Below the pieces are notes generated by a model, which made no database searches, was not told where the DNA came from, and saw only the letters and a list, made by a program, of their open reading frames with translations. A program made the translations under genes and the position numbers. A stretch of 64,000 nt of DNA from Cystobasidiomycetes sp. EMM_F5 (lineage: Eukaryota): assembly GCA_051047955.1 (NCBI GenBank), contig JBPGPT010000001.1, positions 806,001 through 870,000 of the forward strand, given 5' to 3'. Of the stretch, positions 35,676 through 46,359 are shown piece after piece. Position 1 is the first letter of the stretch. Every line of letters begins with the position of its first letter.

Positions 35676-37464
35676 TCATGCTGCTGTAGCTCCTCCGGCT
35701 GTGCAGTGAAGAGCGATTAAACAAATCAGACGAGCTGTCATACGTATGTCTGCAAACAAGCCCTTACCCGAAGTAAAGTTGAGTCCACTGATGCCGCCAC
35801 TGAAGGCGATTCTGCTCTTGCTGGCGAGTGCCGGAGCCCACCATGGGAAGCGAAGGTCTTCCGTTATGAACACGACGAGAAACAGAATCTGTATTCCGGT
35901 AAGGATCATGACAATGTACTGAGAATATATCCGCCTCAGCAGCATATAATGGGGAACATATGTTGACCACTCACGAGTTGCGAAAATCCTGACCCAAGAC
36001 TCGCTTGCAACGTAGAGTCCAGACCTCGGACGGCATTGGCTGCTTTGCTAAAGTTGAGACGGAGCGCCAACGTCGAAGTGAGCAGAGTTACGAGAGCTAC
36101 AATCAACAGCACTCCTCCGAGCGTCATAAATACTTGGTGTGCAGTATCCAGTGCGCGGTGGTTGTTCTGATTGTCAATCCAAATAACGCGAACCTAATCC
36201 CGATGAAACGAAGGTATGGCTTTCAGCTGGTAAAGGCGAACAGATTCCGTAAGCGAGACGCACTGGAGACAGTGACGCAGCAAATCTAGGGAATACTGAA
36301 TTAGACGCGCTTGAAACCAAATCTGTATGCACACTCACGCTAAGATGCCAATGATGAAGAAGACGGCCTGGCAACACAGATTTTCAGCAGCGTCCGGGAG
36401 GACCAGCTCAATGTACACTTACGGCAATCAACATTCCCATAGGATTACTCCCGGCACTGCTCGGCAGAACTGCTTGTACTTCCTTCGTAAGTCCACCTTG
36501 CTGGTACGATTCGCTGTATTGCGTCGAACTGCGATGATGTGTTCATTAGGTCTGCTTAAGTATCTAAGAGGAGGCACCCACAACGATGGCGATGTGCAGT
36601 TGAGAGCCCGAGCTCTGTTGCGGATCGGATCAGCTTATCAACATGAAAACAGAGGACGTCCACCATACCTGTGCTTTAGGCAAATTCCTTGCGCTCCAAT
36701 CCACATAGCAAAGACTCTCGTCCCGTCTTCGTCAGTCCCCGGACCACCAACTGACGGAGTGGCGAAAACAAGATGGCCAAGTTCGGTCGCAGTAGCATGC
36801 ACAGTGCTGGTCACCTTTTTCGTTGCCTTTGGCACGCGAGACGATGAGTGCAGTATCGGAGTTTCAGTGGCCTTGCCATGTTTCGACTTTGTTGTCTCAT
36901 CGCAAGTGTCGCAACCATACGAACGCTTCGAAAATTCTGTATCGTTGCTGCGGAAAGCGAGGCCGACTAGTCGAGGGATGCCTTCGGCCGTGAATGTTGA
37001 AGCAACACCCACGCTGGGTGTAGGAAACAGGTCTGACGTATGCCATCGCTTACGATTGTCGACAGTGGTAGTCGTTGGCGACGTGCCTGTAGAAGTACCT
37101 CCGTCATAAAGCTCGACGATGAGGAGAACACCACTTGTCGAAAAAATAGGTACGGGGCGAATGAGGGTGGTAATCTAGATCTACGATCTCAGCCAAAACA
37201 GTGAGGAGATGCCAAACGTGGTATTCACTGTGAGAATGGCATCGATGAAAGTAAGAATTAAGACCGCCGTCAAAGTGACCTAGATTTGAACCGGGTTACT
37301 TTAGCTCCTCGGACAGTTTTCAAAAGCCGGAGTCTCACTTTACGAGCTCTCGTGAGTCTGAATAAGTCGGCATCTGCCGTCCGGATCCGGACCTAGATTG
37401 TTCGCATTCGTTTTCAGTAATGCACCGTTACAATGCGACTGAAACAACCTACATCGTGCACCAT
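35676..37464 (-). CDS. SUR7/PalI-like four-TM membrane protein (paralog B), many short exons
   Basis: Spliced product has TM1 VTLTAVLILTFIDAILT|ITTLIRPVPIF, an S/T-rich ectodomain, MWIGAQGICLKHR|ARALNCTSPS and three more hydrophobic helices. Gene ends are inferred. Confidence 0.65.
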
Positions 37465-37758
37465 GATATCACAAAAGATGCGGGAGGTTCACCAGACTTC
37501 CTATGGATTTGTAAACACCAAGCTGTTACGTATGCGGGGCTCTGTTTCTGTGTGGAAGGTCGATATCCAATTCGCCAAGGAAGGTGGTGTGGTGGTGCGT
37601 CTTATTATATCGGCTGGTTGCTGAGGATGCATGCGTGGACGAATACCTGAGTAGTGAAGCGGACAAAGCAGGGAGACTGTCATGGCGGTGCTCTGGTTTT
37701 TCCGTCATATTGCACTTCTGACGTCCATCATACCGTGATACCGCGAAAATGGCCGACA

Positions 37759-39525
37759 TCAATGCCGCACGCGCACGACACTGGTGCATCTACCGACGTT
37801 CTCCAGAGCCTGGAGTTCGGGACCCGCCCATGCTTGATCCCTGCAAGCGTGCGATTGCTTCCTTATGCCGCATTTCCTTATCGCGTAGCTTTTCAGCAAC
37901 TGTGAAGGCGTGAGCAAGACGGTAGTTTGCGCAACTTGCAGCGATACTTACTCAGCTCCTGTTGAATAATGTTAGCGGGAATATAGCTTCGTACGAACAG
38001 CTTCCTTACGATACCGACTAGAACCAGAAGCGTAAGTAGCATTATGCCACTGATTATTGCAAGGCTGAACTTGAAGCACGCATTTTGATGTCAGCAGGCT
38101 TTAATAGGGTGAAAAGCAGGAGTACCGACGATTGTTGACATAACATTGCCTAGCTCAACCGTAAGATCGGGTCTGAGGGCGTTGAGCGTTGCATCAACGT
38201 TTGTATACTCTTTGCGGATGTTGAGAGCCGATGTTAGGTTCAGCACGAGTACAAAGGCAGCCATGACTGCGGCTCCATACACCGTCGTCTTTCGCAGAAT
38301 CAACCAATTCTCCCGACGGGCTTCCAAGAACAGAATGTAGATGAAGGTTTGCGGCTTGAGCGTAGCATAGTTGCTGCATTTCACATACGAAAGTCAGCAA
38401 GAGACAGCTCTGTTCCTAAAAATCGGAATCACAAAAGGCTGGCGATTGCGACAGATACCATCTTTGGACACTCATTGTCAGCCAAATCACGGCTTCAGAA
38501 CAGTACTCACGCCAAGCACTATAGCAGTTGCTGCGCCAGATGTACCCTTGGGAAGAGTCGCAATTTCTGCCTCGTTGAGCCTAGAAACAGCATATGTCCC
38601 ACTGAAGTCTGGAGATCTAGCGAATGGGAGTGTCAGTAGGGCGAGCAAAGTGAGACCAAAATCCTGACATTGACGAGCCCGAGCACAACAAGACTCCGGT
38701 ACTGTATATAGGTAATCAGAAGACGCAAGCCCATCGTGCAGGTGACCATAGCTCACGATCGTTGCAGACAAATGCCCATTACGCCATACCACAATGCGAC
38801 GAACTCATCTCCTTCACTCGCCGCGGGCTTCGACGGCCGCGATGACGCGACGGTGGTCACAGAAATGTGATTCGTTGTTCGAGTAGAGAATGCATCGCTG
38901 ATGAGATCGGACGGCGTCGATTGCGCCATCATGGTCTTCATGCTGTACATCGTCAGAACAGTTCGTTTCGCAAATCGGGCATCGTCGAGCTTTGTTGTCG
39001 TGTCATTCTTGACGCTGCTTCGGATCCAAGCTGTTTTTGTTGAATGCGACGGACTCAAGATGCGCCAAGTTGAAGAAGCTGTAGACTCGTGTGGCAGATT
39101 GCGCTCGCTAAGGTTGGGCCGAACTTCAAGACTGCCATAATCCAGTGAACGTCTCGAATACTGAGCCGACGATGCTGCCTGTATCGACATCAGGATATTC
39201 GTCTTCCCGAACAGCGGGACGGGATGCAGGATCGCCATCAGTCCGATGAATGACCAAATCAGGGCCAGTAGGATGTTGATCCAGAGGATCCACTATGGTA
39301 ATACCGTAAAATCAGCACCGCGGTCGCCAATAACGCATGAGTATCATATCTGACACTCACTTTCGAGTATCGCTTTAGAGGCGTCTCTCGATCTAGATCA
39401 TCTTGCGCATACATGTCCTGCTCTGCCTGCTGTAATTGTGCTAGCAGCAGCTGTTGCGACTGCTGTGGATATTGCATCATCGCTGGATCTGCCATATTGA
39501 ACTGGCCATTGAAAGCGGGGTCCAT
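37759..39525 (-). CDS. SUR7/PalI-like four-TM membrane protein (paralog A), many short exons
   Basis: TM1 WILWINILLALIWSFIGLMAILHPVPLF, an S/T-rich loop, LWYGVMGICLQRS|TGVLLCSGSS and three further TM segments. The 3' end is approximate. Confidence 0.65.
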
Positions 39526-40288
39526 TATCCCTGCGAGTCGCAACTTGGATGTTCTGTAGACGGCAGAGCTTTCCGAATTCGCACCACTTCACTGAGCAAT
39601 GAGATGCCTGTTATGCACACACTCAGCGTTCAAGGAAATGTTTGTAATTAGATGGCGAGGCTCGTCAGAAATGTCAGTAGTGGCGGAGTCGAGCATGTAT
39701 TTTGGAAATGGATAGTCGTCAGTCGTGTAGAGTGAGCACTCAGCACACCCTTATCCGCATGGCTCCACATAAGTTAGGTTGTAACGGTCCCGAAATTTCG
39801 AGGTCGTGGTTCCGACATTTGTCTGAACAGTACAGCTTGCCTCGTGGCATTATTCTGCACACCTCGGCAGCTGCTTCTGACGAGTGGTTCTCGCATCCAC
39901 GCCATGTCTCCACAACCTGCTGAACGCTGTCGTCGTGGTCGTGACTTTGCGGTCACCAAGGCCGCTTTTGTTGAAGCTAAAAGCCAGGCAACAAAGAAAA
40001 GCCGTCGCAGAATAAAAGCACAGTTGGCCGAGAATTACAGCACCACAAGATAGCCCTGCCAGCATGCCAGCCTCCTCTGCTTGGTTGATAGCCAATACCC
40101 ATAACTACCTGCAGGGGAACGGAATTACCATTGACGGAACCACCTCAGGGGCAACGACCTCGAAGACGACACAAAGCTACCCTGCCCACGCTGCAAGAGC
40201 AGTAATACTGATCAAACATCGAAGCTTAGCGCAGTTCGTCGACCTCCTCCCGTAATCGCTCTCCTCGCGCTGTTGTTCCTCCACAAAC

Positions 40289-41185
40289 ATGCCCATGAAA
40301 GCGGAGCTCATCGAAAGAATACGAGACTACCTGTTAGTGCTGTTCGGCTTCACCACTCAACTCATAGGATTCGGACTACTTATCCATGCGCTGATTGGTC
40401 CGACACCGAATTGGAGGATGGGATCGTCATTTCTGCGCCTGCAGAGCTTGAGTACGGAAGAAGTGCCCGTATCGAATCTCTACCTTGGGCCTATGGTGAG
40501 CGTTACATTCGCAGTGGACAGTCGTAGCACGTTTCTGATATGCAAGCAAACTGTCAGGGAGCATGCGTGACGCAGCCTACCGGAGTCTGGTGTCAAAAGC
40601 CGTCATTCACACCGGATATTACTGCACTCCTCGACATGGCCAATATACCCGAGGAACTTGTTCCGCATGTTACGTCGGAAACGGCCTGGGCGGTCGGATT
40701 CCCCCTTGAACAGCCCGATTTGCCTGGCGTTCTCCTCTTTACAATCATTGCAACGTTGCTCTCCGCAATTCTGGTGATACCGACGTCACTTTCGCGCACG
40801 CTGCCTCCATACTCTGCCGTCAGGGTACGCATGCAACAAATAGCGTACTGGCCTACAGCGGTAGGTGTGGGGTGGACAGTTTTAGTCCTGGTTTTCGCAA
40901 TCACTGGTGAGTCTGGACGCCTGTATCTGAAACCAATCTTTGCACAGTATACTGACTATCATAAACATAGTCGCGGCATGCTTTGAGCTGGAGATGAGTT
41001 ACGCGGCTCAGATCTTTGATGCCGCTGCAGCCCAAGGGGACTACCCATGGGTTGCCAGTACAGAGAACGGCTTGTGGTACCTGTGGGGCGCTGTCGGTCT
41101 CACCACGACGTCACTCCTCGCTCAACTGGGCCTGTACATGACATTACCGGACCCGCAATACAAGCTAAACAATTGGGGAGCGTGA
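40289..41185 (+). CDS. SUR7/PalI-like four-TM membrane protein (paralog C), 3 exons
   Basis: TM1 ...LLIHALIGPTP, LYLGPM|GACVTQPTGVWCQKPSFTPD, three more TM segments, and NGLWYLWGAVG near the end. Confidence 0.7.
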
Positions 41186-42188
41186 TTAGCAGATCATCTG
41201 TGCAAGTTGCAGAAGTAATGAGTGCGCCAGCGCAGTGTATCTAGAAATCAAGGGGCTACAGCAAAGTCTGTTGTAAGAGGGACGTTGGTGCAGAATTTTG
41301 TGACATTCGCGGCTGCTGTAACTACGTTTTGCCGTCGCTGGTCGGTGGGGACGATTGCAAGACGCGGGGGTATACACCCTGTCCACGGGCCTGAATCAGT
41401 GTACATGGTGGCGTTGCACGAGCTTCACTTGAAGACTCGAGCAAGCTGAAGCCAAGTGCGATATCAGCTTTCGTTGCGAGAGCACAGCACATATAGCGTG
41501 GTGTATACGTATTGCTTACTTTCTAGCGAGAAATCCCATCCACAGCCTTGTAAGCGCGCCAGTGCTGCCTGCCCAAGATGGAAGCAAACGGAGTTCCCGA
41601 AAGGGAAAGACAAGAGCCAACATGAACAATTTGCACCCGGATAAGGCAGTTACGGCTTGTTTCAAGCGATTGAAATGTCGTATCAACCCGCAAGAAGCTG
41701 GCGTCGCGACCCAGCAGAATTGGCAGCTGGACAAGCCTCCCTGCCCCCAAATTGGTCCATCTGGCCTGCAGAAAGCGACCGCATCCAGGGCAGCACACTA
41801 TAAGCGTCAAGAAGCGAGTTTAGACACACTTTGAGCGTCTAGGTCCAGTTCTGGGTGCATGAGCTTGATGCGCCTGGAAGCAAGTTGTCGTACCGTCAAC
41901 CCGAGGTGCACAGCTGAGCACACACCGTAAACGCTGGGACGATCTTTGACTTGCTGCTGCACTTCTGCTCTACATAGCAAATCTCGCTGGTACACCTCTT
42001 GCTTTCGCAAAACGTTTGTCGACTGGGTCACGCTGGGTCATATCTCCGACGACTGAAATAAAGTGGCGCCAGCTTTTGGCAAGGAAGACAAAATCTGGCA
42101 GCAGAGAGCTGAAAGCCTCTGGGCACTACAGAAAGACTACAACTTCTTTACGTCTTCCCTCCCCTCAAAGCTGCACATCTAGCCCAAC

Positions 42189-44356
42189 ATGGGTTTCCTC
42201 ACGCGTAAAAAGGCGACTGCGACAGTGCAGACGCCACCTACCAAGACGATCAAAGACATCAGCATCAGCGGACCGATGAACCTCGCATCCAGTAAAGAGA
42301 CACCAACGGCGGCCATGTCTGCGATGTCGATTCAATACGACTCAAATCAACAAAATCACATTTCGACGTATCAGCAACCTTCTCCAGGGTTGAAAGTCCC
42401 AGCGGCTTATCAAAACAGCAGCTACTCCAGTACACCTACTTCCAGTTCAGGGACTGCAGCTGGCTCGTACCATTCCCTGCGACCGAGTAAATCTGCCGAG
42501 CACTTTGACGTTCCGCACGTCTCCTTAAAAGAGCTTCGAGGTCTGCAAACAGCGGATGATGGATCGTTCAAGCGTCCGCATACCTCACAAAGTTACATGG
42601 ACAGAGAGAGGAAAAGTAGCGCTGGGACGGCGAGGCCGCATTCGTCCGGCCGCATTTCCGAATCGCGCGAAGGAACCCGTCCTTTTTACGATCACTCCAC
42701 TCCAGCCCAAACGTCGATCTTACCCGCTTCTATCAACAATCTCAGCACAGCTTCAACTTCCACATTCAGCCGCTCATCTCACCCACAAGCGAGCTCTTCT
42801 GCCCTACAAGCACAAACACACGTCGACTCACATCGTAGATCCGGATCAGTTTCCTCCGAGAGCAGCTATGCTGCAAGCGAGACGTCCGATGTCCTATACA
42901 ATGCAGAACGCAGCTCGAGCGGCGGCACTACTGCGACAACGCCCGGCGGCTCAGGCAGTGATCGCGATAGACTTTCCTTCAAGAAGAGCCGCACACCGTC
43001 AAATACGCAACCTCCACAGGAACACCACCAATACCAGTCTGCGTCAGTGCAGGCGCCATATTCGACCCCTCCATCCGCCGTCACTCCTACTAGACCCCAA
43101 TACGCAACAGTGGAGCGCATCCCAATACCGCAAGCGATGTCAGCGGCTGAGGCAAGGCCAAAGATGCCAAGACCGGTATCAGAGTTGTCCATCAGCACTG
43201 TATCAGATCGTTCGCGATTCGGTTCACCGGCACTTTCCCAAACATCCTCGATGATACGCAAGACCAGCTCGAGGTATACCTTAAGTGATTTCAACTTCAT
43301 TCGAACCCTTGGCACTGGCTCTTTCGGGCGTGTCCACCTCGTTCGCTCCTGCCATAATACCCGCTTTTATGCCGTCAAAGTACTCAACAAAGAGCGCGTC
43401 GTCAAAATGAAGCAGGTTGAGCACACAAACTCCGAAAGAGAAATGCTGGAACGCGTTCGGCACCCGTTTCTTGTGAATTTATGGGGGACATTCAAAGATT
43501 GCAAAAATCTGTACATGGTGATGGACTTTGTCAGCGGAGGCGAGCTCTTCAGTCTTCTTCGGAAGAGTCAGGTAAGCAGCCCAGCCACACGTCCTGCAAA
43601 GGTCGACCAAAACTGACGTCATATTGTCGCAGCGCTTCCCTGACCCTGTCGCAAAGTTCTTTGCTGCGGAAGTCGCATTGGCTCTGGATTACTTACATTC
43701 GCTGGATATTATTTACCGAGATTTGAAGCCAGAAAACATCTTGCTGGCCGCCGATGGGCATGTCAAGGTCACGGACTTTGGTTTTGCGAAATACGTGCCC
43801 GACATCACCTGGACGCTGTGTGGTACACCAGATTACCTAGCTCCAGAGGTCGTACAATCCAAAGGTTACAACAAGAGTGTCGACTGGTATGCGTTGGGCG
43901 TTCTCATTTTCGAAATGCTGGTACGGTCTTTTTCAGACTGTCCCCCTTAAAGCCATTGCTGACACGAGCTTCTGCAAATTCTAGGCCGGATATCCTCCGT
44001 TCTTCACGGAAGACTCCAATCCAATGCGATTGTACGAGAAAATCATTGCTGGCAAGATTAGGTATCCTTCGTACTTCACCACCGAGGCAAAAGATCTCCT
44101 AAGAAATCTGTTGACTGCGGACTTGACGAAACGATTCGGCAATTTGGCCAACGGCTCTCGAGACATCTTCGGACATGCCTACTTTGCCGAAGTCGACTGG
44201 AGTCGACTGTACCGCAAGGAAATTCCGGCGCCATACGTTCCACGCATAGAGGGCGATGGCGACTCGAGTAACTTTGACAGTTATGCTGAGATTGACATAA
44301 ACGAGTACGGCCAGGTTGGGCCGGACCCACATGGACACTTGTTCTCATGCTTCTGA
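42189..44356 (+). CDS. PKA1: cAMP-dependent protein kinase catalytic subunit
   Basis: [71 protein letters not shown] and a C-terminal FxxF. Long S-rich N-terminus. Two introns. Confidence 0.96.
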
Positions 44357-44782
44357 TAGGGTAACATAGTAGAGACGAATTCGCAAGCTGCGACAAGCCA
44401 AGTAAATAGAGTACATTGGTAATAAGAGTAGATAAGATTCGACATGTAACATACAGAACTTAGCCGCCGTTCCGTCGATTTCAGACCTCCACATTGTTGT
44501 TACAACGAACGCATCCCTACCACTTTGTTCATGCGAGATCCTCCAGGTGCTAAATATGCGAAGTGTTTCCACATGCGTTGTGCAATACTCCTCGTCGGAT
44601 GAATGCTTGGTAAGTTCGGATTAAAAAGTCTCCGTTCGGCACAATGGCGCATCATGCCTCTTTGCGGATTTCGACGCAATATCTTGCTTTTAGGACATCG
44701 AATGCTCTTGTCTCGTCACCAACACCTAAGTCTACTCGCTCGCTCTCTCTCACGAACCACTGTCCGCAGCATCACAGCCAAT

Positions 44783-46309
44783 ATGTCTACCGACGCGCAG
44801 CCTTCTTTCGACCCAAAAAACATGAAGGTCCGCAAACAGCTACCCGCTTACCTTTACTACAGTGGATTACACACTAACAGGCGTATGATCTTTAGTTCAA
44901 GCAGCTTGGACGCAATGGGATTAAAGCAAGTCACCGAAAGATCTCCTATGCTTGTGACGCCATTGCTGACTTGATTGGCCATGGCTGCAATTGACACACA
45001 GGTCAGCGCCTTCAGCTACGGAGGCTGGCTGACCCTAGTTGAGCACTCATTCCGGGGACGTCACAATGCTGTCTATAACTAATTCTTCATTCACATAATA
45101 GGTGGCACTCAAAAGGGTTCTATCGTGAAGGATCTCATTAAATGCGTACGCCTTTGTCAACAATAGAGCGTTGAAATGCTGACGTATTGCTACCAGGCTT
45201 ACGATCATGGTTGTAATACTTTTGATACGGCCGAGGTATACGCAATGGGACAATCTGAGATTGAAATGGGCCAAGCTTTCAAAGATCTAGGTCTCAAGCG
45301 AGAAGAACTCGTCATTACAACCAGTATGCATCCTGCCATAAATAATTCTGCCAATAGCTTATGAATTCTTAAAAAAATAAAACAGAGGTGTACTTTGGCA
45401 CTGGGCGAAAAGATCCTAACCAAAGAGGATTGAGCCGCAAGCACATCGTGGAGGGCACCAAAGCGAGCTTGCAAAGACTCGGACTGAGCTACGTTGACAT
45501 CATTTTGGCTCATCGACCCGATGCATCCGTTCCCATGGAAGAGATCGTTCGAGCTTTCAATTTCGTCATTGACCAAGGATGGGCATTTTACTGGGGCTTC
45601 AGCGAAGCCAGTGCAGCTGAGCTACAAGAAGCATGGGCAGTTGCTGACCGTCTCGGTCTCGTTGGACCTAGCGCCGAGTGAGTCTGGCCACAGGGCACCC
45701 ATAACAGGCATCTGTCAGTAGTACTGACATTGTTACATTTCAGGCAACCACAATACAACGCTTTCCATCGCCAGAAAGTCGACGGGGATTTCTTACCTCT
45801 TTTCAAGGACAGAGGAATGGGTACTACAATTTGGTCGCCTTTGGCAAGCGGTCTTCTAACCGGCAAGTACAACGATGGTATCCCTAAAGGATCCCGCTTC
45901 GACAATCACTCCGATTTTTTCAAGTCCACCGTCGAGAGTTTGCAGTCCGGAGAAGGCAAGGCCAAAATCGAAAAGGTCAAGAAGCTGACCACAATGTAGG
46001 CACGGGCATATACTCACTGTCCGAATTTACTAAGACGTTCATCGACAGTGCCGAAAAGTTGGGCACCTCCGTCGGAAACCTCTCGCTCGCATGGTGTGCG
46101 AAGAATGACAATGTCTCAACTGTCATTCTAGGAGCGACTTCCGTTCAGCAACTGGAAGAAAATTTCAAGGCTATCGACGTGATCGACAAGCTGACTCCAG
46201 AAGTCATGCAACAAAGTAAGTGAGCCAGTTGAGGAAGGGGGAATATAAAACTGATTCAAAAACGCCATCATTAGTCGAGGAGATTCTGCAGAACAAGCCC
46301 TCTGCGTGA
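44783..46309 (+). CDS. Aldo-keto reductase, Kv-beta/AKR6-like; one intron boundary is non-canonical
   Basis: [35 protein letters not shown]...[58 protein letters not shown]. An upstream in-frame ATG lies at 44702. Confidence 0.9.
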
Positions 46310-46359
46310 TGTTCCAGAGACACAACATGCAATCGTATACAGCACTAGAGCTACAGACT

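Noticed and set aside
41190..42185. Short ORFs upstream of PKA on both strands
   Set aside because: No motifs or splice-supported model; consistent with a long promoter or 5' leader.
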